From an uncultured Muribaculaceae bacterium (GTDB lineage: Bacteria > Bacteroidota > Bacteroidia > Bacteroidales > Muribaculaceae): a stretch of DNA of 64,000 bases. Below, piece by piece: positions 55,794-64,000 of this stretch. Within the stretch, counting starts at the first letter, position 1, and each line of letters opens with the position of its first letter. The position numbers were made by a program, and so were the translations under genes. The stretch covers positions 12,577 to 76,576 of the forward strand of contig CAJTUG010000001.1 of NCBI GenBank assembly GCA_910579605.1, written 5' to 3'. The notes below the pieces were generated by a model. That model ran no database searches, was not told the DNA's origin, and saw only the letters and a list, made by a program, of their open reading frames with translations.

Positions 55794-57074
55794 TCAGCCG
55801 TCAACCTCTTCTTGCAAAGTTTTGGACAAACGGATAAGTTCTATCCTGTTTGCGGATTTCTTGAGGATGTCAAAGCGGTATAGCTCTGTTGTGACAGTCT
55901 CGCCTTGAGCGGGTATAGTTCCTGTTGTGTTGAGGATGTATCCGGCTATGGTCTGGTAGGCGTCGTCTTCCGGGATATCGAGGTTGAAACGTTCGTTTAG
56001 TTCAACCACTTCGCAGCGTCCGGATACTTCGTAAATTCCTGGAGCTGTTTCTTTCATTGTAAGTTTGGAATTGTCGTGTTCGTCTTCAATATTACCGCAA
56101 ATCTCCTCCATGAGGTCTTCTAAGGTAATCATTCCAGCTGTTCCTCCAAATTCATCAACGACAATAGCTATTGAGCGTTTTTGTTGTAGCAGTCTACGCA
56201 TCATTGTGTTGGCCATCAGGTTTTCGGGGGCATAAAGCACAGGTTTGATTTTTTCGTGCCAATCGTTTTCGGGATAGAAAAGCTCACTCACATGGATATA
56301 ACCTAAAACATTGTCTATATCTTCGCGGAAAACGATTATTTTAGAACGTCCTGTTTTGGTGAAAAGAACCGATAATTCGTCGCGAGAAATTTCGTCGATA
56401 TTCACTGCTACGATTTCGTTGCGCGGTATCATGCAGTCGCGCACGTGGGTTGTCGAGAAATCGAGAGCGTTTTGGAAAATTTTCACTTCGTGTTCCACCG
56501 TCTGTTGTTGTTCTTCAAGATCGTCGATGGTCTCTTCAAGGTAATCGTTTAGATCGCCTATAGATATGAGGTGCAGGCGTTTGTTGGAATCTTTTACGCC
56601 GACCAATCGCATTAGCAGACGAGATAGCGCGGTTGTAAATAACGAGATGGGATAAAGGATGATGTAGAAAATCCAGATGGGCAGTGCAAAAACACGGAGA
56701 GAATTGTTGGGATTAATGCCGAAAATGGATTTCGGGAAAAACTCACCTGTAAGAAGGATTACGCCGGTTGATATTAGCGACTGGGAAACAAGGATGAAAA
56801 ATTCATTGTTTGAGATTTTTGCTAAAAGCGGTTCCAGAAGAGCTGCAGCCCCCATACCGTAGATAACCAACATGACATTGTTGCCTACCAATATTGTGGA
56901 GATGAATAATTCTGAATTTGAGTAGAACCTGTTTATTATTTTACCGATAATCCCTCCTTTCTTAACATCAAGTTCCACCCGTACTCTATCTGAGGTGACG
57001 AAAGCCATTTCGCATCCGGAGAAGAGCGCGGAAAAAATGAGGGAAACTATAGTAATTGTAATCCAAACGTCCAT
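55794..57074 (-). CDS. CNNM/HlyC-CorC family membrane protein (GldE-like hemolysin family)
   Basis: DUF21 4-TM domain, CBS pair, C-terminal CorC_HlyC domain ([18 protein letters not shown]). Confidence 0.9.
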   Translation of the reverse strand: MDVWITITIVSLIFSALFSGCEMAFVTSDRVRVELDVKKGGIIGKIINRFYSNSELFISTILVGNNVMLVIYGMGAAALLEPLLAKISNNEFFILVSQSLISTGVILLTGEFFPKSIFGINPNNSLRVFALPIWIFYIILYPISLFTTALSRLLMRLVGVKDSNKRLHLISIGDLNDYLEETIDDLEEQQQTVEHEVKIFQNALDFSTTHVRDCMIPRNEIVAVNIDEISRDELSVLFTKTGRSKIIVFREDIDNVLGYIHVSELFYPENDWHEKIKPVLYAPENLMANTMMRRLLQQKRSIAIVVDEFGGTAGMITLEDLMEEICGNIEDEHDNSKLTMKETAPGIYEVSGRCEVVELNERFNLDIPEDDAYQTIAGYILNTTGTIPAQGETVTTELYRFDILKKSANRIELIRLSKTLQEEVDG

Positions 57075-57084
57075 GTTTCAGTGT

Positions 57085-57780
57085 TTATTTTGCTTTTTCA
57101 TTTGTGAGTGTGGCCACTCTTAGATTTGGGTTTGCCCGTCGCTGCTTCCTTTGTCTCTGAGATTTTGCTGCGACAGTATCTGTGGATAAGGGCGTATGCA
57201 TGGCAGTGTCGGCCTCGGTGGAATCAATATGGTTTTTAGCGGGTCTTTGAGCCGGCAAAATGGCTGTAGGCTTGCTCACGGTATAAGATTCCATGTTTTG
57301 ATCGGATTCGAAGCCATAACCTTCTATCACTCGGTCTGTTCTGACAATGTGGATAAAAGAGTCGCTGTATATTTTTCGTGAGTTTTGATCCCAAAAAAGT
57401 TGCTCGGTTAAGAAACTGTCGCGGTCTGTGTTTACCATGACGACACGACCGTCTAATCTCCAGAGACGTTTACGAGAAAAATAAACCGCGGAATCGCAAA
57501 TCACATTTGCTGCCGGATTCATCTGTAAGTCGTATTGTTCCATGGCCAGTCCTTCGGGAAAGCGCCAAAAAGGCTCTTCTGCGTCTTCAAACATGAGCCA
57601 AAGAGGAGCTTCTATGTGGTAGCGTGTGTATCCAGAGTCGCTGATAAGGGTAGAAACGTCTGATGTTGCCATTGTCGGGGTCGTGTTTCCGTCGCTGGCA
57701 TTTGGCACATAGTTATGCTCTTCGCCGCCGCAACCGGCGGCAAAGGCCAATATAAGGGCTATTGCCGGCAAGAATCTCAT
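57085..57780 (-). CDS. lptC: LPS export system periplasmic protein LptC-like lipoprotein
   Basis: Start set at MRFLPAIALILAFAAGCGG (lipobox). OstA-like beta-jellyroll region. Conserved position between the OMP gene and the gldE-like gene. Confidence 0.6.
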   Translation of the reverse strand: MRFLPAIALILAFAAGCGGEEHNYVPNASDGNTTPTMATSDVSTLISDSGYTRYHIEAPLWLMFEDAEEPFWRFPEGLAMEQYDLQMNPAANVICDSAVYFSRKRLWRLDGRVVMVNTDRDSFLTEQLFWDQNSRKIYSDSFIHIVRTDRVIEGYGFESDQNMESYTVSKPTAILPAQRPAKNHIDSTEADTAMHTPLSTDTVAAKSQRQRKQRRANPNLRVATLTNEKAK

Positions 57781-57821
57781 TCCCGGCCGTGCCGGGTTGG
57801 GTGAGTCTGAGTCCACGCCTA

Positions 57822-59093
57822 TTAGTAGATTTTGCTTTGGCGGAACCACATTTCGTTGAAATTAACGCCTATGGTAACGCTGAAATAATTCTCTTTTATA
57901 AGTGGATTTGGGTGGGCACGGCGGCTTTTCCATTCAAAACCGAGGTTCACTGTGGTTTTGAAAGACGGTACAGGGAATCCAAAACCGGCAGTTATGCCAT
58001 GTTCTTTGAGTCTGTTGGGATCTCCGTTGGTGCTGAGAATCTGTAGGTAATCGTTGGTATAATATGCGCCGAGGCGGTAGTTTATGCGTTTGAAATAAGA
58101 GCCGCGCCAATTTGGTACATATTGGAATCCGAGCGCATATTTACTCCTGTCGGCAAAGCTGAAAGTTATGGGTGTAGATTCAAAACCTCTGTATTTGGCT
58201 TTGCTCCAAGGTTGGTATGTGTAGTCGAATTCAAGCATTATTTTCCGCCCTAATTGATAGTTTATGCCTGCACCCCATGTTTCGGGCAAGGAATAGTTCC
58301 CTTTGAGTTTGTGGCTGTCTACCACTTCCGATTGCGATGTATTTCCCGATGCGTAGACTTTTACTGTTCGGGCTGTGCCCAAGAGAGTTTTTTCGGGGCT
58401 GTATGTGAGGCCGAATGTCAAACGGTTGTCTTTTGGCAGGTTAATGGAGTATTGGGCGCCGAAGAGGAGATGGAAATCTCGCACCGACATTTGGTTTTGG
58501 AATAGCGAATATTGAGAAGATGTTATTGTGGCATATGAATCGTTGAGGATTGTACCGAATAGGTATGAAATCTGAGCGCCGAGAGTGAAGCCGTTGAAAA
58601 TTTTGCCGCTTACACCCAAATAAAACTCGTTGAGCGAGCCTGAGCCTTGACGGGAGTCTATGCCGTTGTCTATTTTATTTCCAAAAGAATACCCTACTGA
58701 TGAATATGGTAAAAGGCCCAATGAAGCTCCCATGCGTTTACCCAAAGGAACTTGCATGGTCACATAGTCGAGACCGCCGCCGAATTTGTTGTCTGAGACT
58801 TTTTCGTCGTTTTGGATTTCGCTTTGGTGTATTGCTGTTAAGTCAAGGCCGACATCGAAGAGAAATGTAAGGGTGTCTATTGCAGCATAGGAGGCCGGGT
58901 TCATGGCATTTATCTGGCGGCCGTTGTTCATTGCATATCCAACACCGCCCATTGCTCGTTGTGTAGACGTTGCATGGTCGCCGATAATGCCGTATCCGTA
59001 GCGGGAATATGGGGTCATTGTGCCGTTTTGTGAGAAGACGGTCATTGAGGAGAAACCGATAATAGCGGTGGCTATTAGCTTATTTATTTTCAT
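57822..59093 (-). CDS. putative outer membrane beta-barrel protein (porin-like), function unknown
   Basis: Signal peptide, TPYSRYGYG N-terminal motif, alternating strand pattern, ends FRQSKIY. Confidence 0.5.
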   Translation of the reverse strand: MKINKLIATAIIGFSSMTVFSQNGTMTPYSRYGYGIIGDHATSTQRAMGGVGYAMNNGRQINAMNPASYAAIDTLTFLFDVGLDLTAIHQSEIQNDEKVSDNKFGGGLDYVTMQVPLGKRMGASLGLLPYSSVGYSFGNKIDNGIDSRQGSGSLNEFYLGVSGKIFNGFTLGAQISYLFGTILNDSYATITSSQYSLFQNQMSVRDFHLLFGAQYSINLPKDNRLTFGLTYSPEKTLLGTARTVKVYASGNTSQSEVVDSHKLKGNYSLPETWGAGINYQLGRKIMLEFDYTYQPWSKAKYRGFESTPITFSFADRSKYALGFQYVPNWRGSYFKRINYRLGAYYTNDYLQILSTNGDPNRLKEHGITAGFGFPVPSFKTTVNLGFEWKSRRAHPNPLIKENYFSVTIGVNFNEMWFRQSKIY

Positions 59094-59838
59094 TGTAATG
59101 AATTATGCAGTGAAGACCCCTATGAACGAGATACGGGTCGTGATGATATTTAATATTTAACATTCCGTTTCTTATGAGAAGCGGAACTGATCCACCGGTC
59201 AAAACAGCTGTTGCGTTGTTCCCGGCTTGACGGCTATAGTACTCCAACTCGGCGGCAATGCCCCGGAAAGCGCCGCTCCGCATAGCTTGGGCGGTAGTGA
59301 GTCCCCAGGGCGGAGTAGGCCCGAGGCTTTCTACCTGTGGCAAGCGGTCGGTGAAGGCATGTAGCGCCTCCAGCCGCATATGTATGCCCGGGGCTATGTT
59401 CCCTCCGCAAAACACCCCTTTCTCCGACAAGAAATCGTATGTGACGGCTGTTCCGACATCGGCAACCAAAAGGTTCTGCTTAGGGTAAAGTGATGAAGCA
59501 CCAACAGCAGCTGCAACGCGGTCTGCCCCTAAGGTTTCTGGCGTTTCATATTCTATGGCTATTGGTAATGGCGTGGTTCTGGTAAGCTCTAATAGGTTTG
59601 GACATAAATACTTAAGAGTCTTTATGTCTTCGTGCCTATGGCTTGGAACTACACTGCTGTATATTGCGTTGGCAAAATGTTCGCCTCTGTCCAAAAGACC
59701 AGAAGCCAAATGGCGAGCCAATTCACCGGCCGAGGTAAAACCTACAGCCGAGTCGGCAATCAGCAGCTTGCCTCGGTTGTCCCACACGGCGCCTTTCAAT
59801 GCCGTGTTGCCCCTGTCGATAGTGAGCCTATAATCCAT
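59080..59838 (-). CDS. coaX: type III pantothenate kinase
   Basis: LTIDRGNTALKG, GADRVAA, GGNIAPG. Start set at MDYRLTI (59838) because the -7 box at 59848-59855 overlaps the longer track ORF. Confidence 0.9.
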   Translation of the reverse strand: MDYRLTIDRGNTALKGAVWDNRGKLLIADSAVGFTSAGELARHLASGLLDRGEHFANAIYSSVVPSHRHEDIKTLKYLCPNLLELTRTTPLPIAIEYETPETLGADRVAAAVGASSLYPKQNLLVADVGTAVTYDFLSEKGVFCGGNIAPGIHMRLEALHAFTDRLPQVESLGPTPPWGLTTAQAMRSGAFRGIAAELEYYSRQAGNNATAVLTGGSVPLLIRNGMLNIKYHHDPYLVHRGLHCIIHYNENK

Positions 59839-59847
59839 AGTTAGCCG

Positions 59848-59855
59848 CAAAATTA
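59848..59855 (-). promoter_or_regulatory. -7 box (TAATTTTG) for the coaX operon
   Basis: The plus strand reads caaaatta, only about 10 nt upstream of ATG 59838. This implies a leaderless or near-leaderless mRNA. Confidence 0.45.
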
Positions 59856-59953
59856 CTAAATTACACGCAAGTATGCTACTTATAAAATGTTAAAACATCA
59901 AACAGCGGTGCCGAAAGTGGAATTTTCAATCTGTAGGGGGCTTATGTGATGTG

Positions 59954-60754
59954 TTATTTGAAAGTATACGTGATGCGAGCTTCGGCTCTGTCGGGGGCAT
60001 TGTCGTCGTTGCGTGTAAATTTTTTGCTTTTGATTTCTGCAATGCATTTGGCGACCAAGCGCGAATCGGCAGAAGCCGGGGCGCGGCCTCCGATTTGATT
60101 TATTTCCACCACCTGTCCGTTTTTATCTATAATGGCGCGGATTATGATGCTGCCGGTAGAATATGAATCTACTTTATTGTAGATGGGCATTTTCCAACCT
60201 CCGCCTACAGTGCCTTGGCCAATGCCGTTTATGTCGGATGCCTCTCCAGACGGATTTCCTGAGTCGCCTTTAGCCGCTCCGTGATTGAGGGTGTTGTCGG
60301 CATTTTCTTCTGATTTAGCAAATGCATTGCCTACGCCTTGACGAGCTTTGCGCCTTGCCTGGGCTTCAAGTTCTTCTTTTGTCGGACCTGTTTTGGGCTT
60401 TTCGGTTTTTTTTGGCTGCTTTACGGGAGAGGGTTGCTCTGAAACTACATCGGGCAGCTCCGCTCCTTTTAGTCCTTTGTCTTCAAGGTCGCTTCCGGCG
60501 GCTTCTTGTGGCACAGACTTGTTGTTGGACGGCTCTTGTGTATATGCGGTTTTTGGGTCTGAGGGGGTTGGGACTGCAATATCTGATAGAAGGTCTACGT
60601 ATTCTTCTTCAAGTTCTACGATTTCTGTTGTAGGTCGCGGAGGAAATCTAAGTACCGACGGGTCAAATTCCAGATGGCACAGCAATAGCCAAAGCAGCGT
60701 CAAGGCTGCAATGGCAGCAGTAGAACAAATGGCTATGACTCGGAAGCGGTTCAT
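59954..60754 (-). CDS. tonB: energy transducer TonB
   Basis: N-terminal TM, Pro/Lys/Glu-rich spacer, C-terminal TonB domain (SIIIRAIIDKNGQVV..ITYTFK). Confidence 0.8.
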   Translation of the reverse strand: MNRFRVIAICSTAAIAALTLLWLLLCHLEFDPSVLRFPPRPTTEIVELEEEYVDLLSDIAVPTPSDPKTAYTQEPSNNKSVPQEAAGSDLEDKGLKGAELPDVVSEQPSPVKQPKKTEKPKTGPTKEELEAQARRKARQGVGNAFAKSEENADNTLNHGAAKGDSGNPSGEASDINGIGQGTVGGGWKMPIYNKVDSYSTGSIIIRAIIDKNGQVVEINQIGGRAPASADSRLVAKCIAEIKSKKFTRNDDNAPDRAEARITYTFK

Positions 60755-61212
60755 TGATTGTTTTCTTGAGGGTTTTGCAGATTTTGGGATGCATCTTGCG
60801 GCGAAGCTGGTTTTGTAGCCAAAACCATTTTTATGGCATTGTCGGCACCGATATTGAGCAGTTCCACAACTTTACCATATTTTACTTCGGCATCTGCGTA
60901 TACAGCTACGGCTCCTAATGAATCTGCCGGGGCTAATGCGCCTATGAATGCCGCTAATGAGTCGGCAGCTACCGGCACGGGATTAGTGGCTTCAGCCCCT
61001 AAAACGTAATAGAAACCTTCTGAGTCTATAAAGACTTTTGTGCTTGGTTTGACTGGAGTCTGCTGTGAACTTTGCGGCAAATCTATTTCCAAGGCAGTAG
61101 GGAACACGAAAGCGCTTGTAACCATGAAAAACACCAAAAGGAGGAAAACCACATCGGTCATTGAGGCCATGGAAAAAGTGGCCAACATGTCTTGTTGTCT
61201 TTTAAGAGCCAT
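60751..61212 (-). CDS. exbD: biopolymer transporter ExbD
   Basis: MASMTDVVFLLLVFFMV TM segment and an ExbD/TolR periplasmic domain. Confidence 0.9.
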   Translation of the reverse strand: MALKRQQDMLATFSMASMTDVVFLLLVFFMVTSAFVFPTALEIDLPQSSQQTPVKPSTKVFIDSEGFYYVLGAEATNPVPVAADSLAAFIGALAPADSLGAVAVYADAEVKYGKVVELLNIGADNAIKMVLATKPASPQDASQNLQNPQENNQ

Positions 61213-61224
61213 AAAAGAGAATAT

Positions 61225-61863
61225 TTAAATGGCCGGTTCGTTGAGCAGGTCCATGAAATCCATGGTGCGAGCCTCGAGGCGGTTCATGAGTTTATTTATT
61301 CGTGCCACCAAGTAGTTGTATGCAAAGAGGGCTATGATGCCCACTATTAGACCGGCTACTGTGGTTACCAAAGCAGAGTATATCCCACCGGCAAAAGAAT
61401 CGATAGTAGCAGAAGAACCGCTGCTTGCAATTGCATAGAAAGCTTGCACCATGCCTATTACAGTGCCGAGAAAGCCTATCATAGGAGCGCCGGCGGCAGT
61501 TGTGGCAAGCCAAGGCAAGCCTCGGCTGAGGGTGGCAATCTCGATGTTACCTGTGTTTTCTATAGCCACAAGCACGTCGTTCATAGGCCTGCCTATTCGC
61601 GTGATTCCTTTTGCTATAAGTCGGGCAATAGGAGTCCCTGTTGCTTGGCAAAGGTTGAGAGCGCTTTCAACTTCGCCTTCGTGGATATATCCTTTTATCC
61701 GGCTCATAAAATTTGTGTCTTCTTTAGAGGCAGCCGATATAGCCAATGCTCTTTCGACAAAGACATAGACGCACAAAAGTAAAAGAATAGCAAGGGGGAT
61801 CATGGTCCATCCGCCTTGGAGGCACAAATCCCAGAGGGAGAGAGTTTGAATAGTAGTTTCCAT
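61225..61863 (-). CDS. exbB: MotA/TolQ/ExbB proton channel family protein
   Basis: 3 TM; APMIGFLGTVIGMVQAF. Confidence 0.9.
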   Translation of the reverse strand: METTIQTLSLWDLCLQGGWTMIPLAILLLLCVYVFVERALAISAASKEDTNFMSRIKGYIHEGEVESALNLCQATGTPIARLIAKGITRIGRPMNDVLVAIENTGNIEIATLSRGLPWLATTAAGAPMIGFLGTVIGMVQAFYAIASSGSSATIDSFAGGIYSALVTTVAGLIVGIIALFAYNYLVARINKLMNRLEARTMDFMDLLNEPAI

Positions 61864-61865
61864 TT

Positions 61866-62585
61866 TTATGCGTGTTTAAGAGCTTGTTTGTAGCGTTTGA
61901 TTGTTTCTTCTAAGCCAAGGAAGAGAGCGTCGCAGATTAAAGCATGGCCAATAGATACCTCGTTGAGGAAAGGAATCCTGCTTGAGAAAAATTCAAGGTT
62001 TTCCAAGTTCAGGTCGTGGCCGGCGTTAATGCCCAAGCCCAGTTTTTTTGCGCAAGTTGCAGCTTCTACAAACGGGGCGACGGCGGCTTCCGGATCTTTC
62101 GGGAAAAGGTCGGCATAAGGTTTGGTGTATAGTTCAACCCTGTCGGCACCGGTAGCTGCGGCTGCTTTTACCGCAGCAGTGTCGGCCTCGACGAAAATGG
62201 ATGTCCTCACGCCGGCTTCTTTAAAACGGTCTACGAGTTTTGTCAAGAATTCGGCGTTGGCTTCAACATCCCATCCTGCCGACGACGTAAGCGCATCTAC
62301 AGCGTCGGGAACCAAAGTTACCTGAGAGGGTTTTACTTTGAGAACCAAATCTACGAATTCCTCCGAAGGATAACCCTCTATATTAAATTCTGAACGCAAT
62401 ATCGGTTTGAGGCGGTATACGTCGTCGCGTTTGATATGGCGTTCGTCGGGACGAGGATGCACGGTGATGCCGTCGGCTCCGAAACTTTCTATTTTCAGAG
62501 CGGTGTCTTCAACATCGGGCTTGTTTTCTCCACGGGAATTGCGTAACGTGGCTATTTTATTTATGTTAACACTTAAGTTTGTCAT
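61866..62585 (-). CDS. pdxJ: pyridoxine 5'-phosphate synthase
   Basis: Start set at [19 protein letters not shown] (M89 of the track ORF). [25 protein letters not shown]. Confidence 0.9.
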   Translation of the reverse strand: MTNLSVNINKIATLRNSRGENKPDVEDTALKIESFGADGITVHPRPDERHIKRDDVYRLKPILRSEFNIEGYPSEEFVDLVLKVKPSQVTLVPDAVDALTSSAGWDVEANAEFLTKLVDRFKEAGVRTSIFVEADTAAVKAAAATGADRVELYTKPYADLFPKDPEAAVAPFVEAATCAKKLGLGINAGHDLNLENLEFFSSRIPFLNEVSIGHALICDALFLGLEETIKRYKQALKHA

Positions 62586-62616
62586 CTTTGTGGCAGATAA
62601 TTCGCAAAAAAAGTCG

Positions 62617-62624
62617 TATATTTG
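62617..62624 (+). promoter_or_regulatory. -7 box (TATATTTG) for the small-protein/nadK operon
   Basis: Matches TAnnTTTG, about 84 nt upstream of TTG 62708. Confidence 0.4.
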
Positions 62625-62671
62625 TACTCTTGTTTCAGAATGCTTGTGGGGCAATAGTCCAAATCGTTCTG

Positions 62672-62679
62672 CAAAAATA
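62672..62679 (-). promoter_or_regulatory. -7 box (TATTTTTG) for the pdxJ-exbB-exbD-tonB operon
   Basis: The plus strand reads caaaaata, about 87 nt upstream of the pdxJ ATG 62585. It lies to the right of the plus-strand box, so the predicted 5' ends overlap. Confidence 0.4.
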
Positions 62680-62707
62680 ATGAGAATTACTAAAACAACG
62701 AAAGATT

Positions 62708-63094
62708 TTGACCTCAAAACGTATAAATTTCCCCGAACCGGAAGACCTCTTTCCTCCATACGAAGGCAGCTCTCGATTGTTAGTAGGCTGTGCAACACAT
62801 GATTATAGCGCATCGCGTATAGCCCGTGCTGTAGAAGATTGCGATGCACATCTTCTTAATCTGAACGTCACTTCCATGGGCTATACTGATGGCGATGATA
62901 TAGACTATGCCGGCGACGACGCAAAATTCCCGGTAATGTTCGACTTGAGGGTGAGTCACCGCAACGCAGAGAGTATCTCGAGGTCTCTCAGCAGATACGG
63001 CTATACCGTCATCAGCGTTAAAGGCGAACCCGATACAGACGACGTACGGCTCAAAGAGAGAATGGATTATTTAATGAGATATCTTGAAAAATGA
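62708..63094 (+). CDS. hypothetical small protein upstream of nadK (ACT-like regulatory domain?)
   Basis: The only start in this open frame (62684-63094) is a non-ATG (TTG 62708, or a later TTG). ATGA overlap with nadK suggests coupling. [38 protein letters not shown]. Confidence 0.4.
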   Translation: MTSKRINFPEPEDLFPPYEGSSRLLVGCATHDYSASRIARAVEDCDAHLLNLNVTSMGYTDGDDIDYAGDDAKFPVMFDLRVSHRNAESISRSLSRYGYTVISVKGEPDTDDVRLKERMDYLMRYLEK

Positions 63095-63957
63095 TACTTG
63101 CAATCTATGGCAGCCGCCGGCAAAAAGACGCTGTTCCGGCATTGTGTGCTTTCCTCAGACACCTCAAAGAGGAAGGACACACCGTGATAATGCATACAAA
63201 ATTATACAATTCCTTGCGAGACCAAGCGCCGGAAATTTTAGATTGCATTACTACCGCGACAGACAGTAGCCATTTTATAGCCGACCTTGCAATAAGTTTT
63301 GGTGGCGACGGCACTTTTTTGCGCACAGCAATGTGGGTAGGTTCAAAAGAACTTCCTATAGTGGGCGTGAACACCGGGCATTTAGGTTTTTTGTCAGCAT
63401 TGAGCATACACGACTTGCCAAATCTTTTAGAAGATATCCTTGCCGGGAAATTCCGTATAGAGCGACGCTCGCTCCTTGAAGTCCTTGAGCCTTCTCTTGG
63501 CGATGGTTTTTGCCGATATGCCCTCAACGAAGTCGCGGTAGGCAAAGTGGAATCGGCCTCTATGATCACAGCTCAAGTTTGCATAGACTCTCTTCCCTTG
63601 GCCAATTATCGTGCCGACGGGCTTATAGTGGCCACAGCAACCGGTTCTACCGCTTACAGCCTAAGTGTAGGAGGTCCTATAGTGCAGCCAACACTTGGTG
63701 TTTGCGTCATTTCGCCCGTTGCGGCACATTCTCTTACTATGCGTCCGCTTGTCGCTGATGCCGATTCCGAAATTTCCATTGTCCCCACCACTCGCGGAAC
63801 TCATGTGCGTCTTGCCTTAGATGGCCGATATACCGACGTTGAGGCCGGAACAGAGATTGTAATTGCCAAAGCATCATTCGACGTATTGGTCATGCAATTG
63901 TCTGATCGTACTTTTGCCGATATACTTAAAGACAAGCTCCTTTGGGGAGAACAGTGA
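63091..63957 (+). CDS. nadK: NAD kinase
   Basis: SFGGDGTFLR, NTGHLGFL, ATGSTAYSLSVGGPIV. Confidence 0.9.
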   Translation: MILAIYGSRRQKDAVPALCAFLRHLKEEGHTVIMHTKLYNSLRDQAPEILDCITTATDSSHFIADLAISFGGDGTFLRTAMWVGSKELPIVGVNTGHLGFLSALSIHDLPNLLEDILAGKFRIERRSLLEVLEPSLGDGFCRYALNEVAVGKVESASMITAQVCIDSLPLANYRADGLIVATATGSTAYSLSVGGPIVQPTLGVCVISPVAAHSLTMRPLVADADSEISIVPTTRGTHVRLALDGRYTDVEAGTEIVIAKASFDVLVMQLSDRTFADILKDKLLWGEQ

Positions 63958-64000
63958 GTCTCCTCCATCATATAAACTCATAACCTTAAAATTCAATACA

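Noticed and set aside
61866-62849. Long N-terminal extensions in track ORFs: pdxJ 327 aa, sigma factor 195 aa (to 40168), metG 702 aa (to 20002), ruvX 160 aa (to 2217), DUF4494 176 aa (from 3625), lptC 254 aa (to 57849).
   Set aside because: The extensions run across TAnnTTTG promoter boxes or lack similarity to the family N-termini. Internal Met codons give canonical N-termini (for example [19 protein letters not shown] for PdxJ) or proper lipoprotein signals.
1-64000. Looked for CRISPR arrays, tRNA/rRNA/tmRNA genes, transposases, integrases, invertible-promoter inverted repeats and prophage genes.
   Set aside because: By-eye scanning of intergenic regions found none. There are no regularly spaced direct repeats, no GGTTCGAATCC-type T-arm motifs and no recombinase-like ORFs. 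A tRNAscan, Infernal or minced run would be needed for certainty.

Overview
This 64-kb window is from a Bacteroidota chromosome, probably Bacteroidales. Support for that: TAnnTTTG -7 promoter boxes, a fused SecDF, a T9SS C-terminal sorting domain, and DUF4494/DUF4292/DUF3822/WbqC neighbourhoods. I call about 63 protein-coding genes. I saw no rRNA, tRNA, CRISPR array, transposase or integrase.

Most of the window is tightly packed housekeeping:
- Translation: ettA, def, rpsF-rpsR-rplI, rplU-rpmA, metG, glyQS, rsgA, rsmD.
- Envelope and secretion: secDF, lepB, a BamA/TamA-like protein, lptC, exbB-exbD-tonB, an M23 peptidase, a flippase, and a MacAB/TolC-type efflux operon.
- Cofactor and nucleotide metabolism: pdxJ, nadK, coaX, dut.

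The one clear accessory element is an AT-rich three-gene restriction-modification operon at 6.2-10.2 kb. It encodes an AlwI-family endonuclease and two separate alpha-class N6-adenine methyltransferases. An imperfect 15/16-nt direct repeat brackets it, and it sits between a flippase gene and the rpsF promoter.

I did not find a convincing multi-gene system of an unknown type. The best remaining leads are:
- the repeat-bounded R-M islet and its unusual promoter/leader;
- an operator-like array of phased repeats between a lone ECF-like sigma factor and the efflux operon;
- a stand-alone TARG1-like macrodomain gene paired with an acidic lipoprotein;
- a CTD-only T9SS mini-protein;
- an unannotated 35-codon ORF behind a C39-like/VKOR fusion protein;
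- an orphan zinc-ribbon-like protein behind the rpmA terminator.

Many long ORFs in the supplied track are antisense shadows of real genes and were rejected. Several track ORFs also carry false N-terminal extensions; I re-set those starts using promoter boxes and signal peptides.
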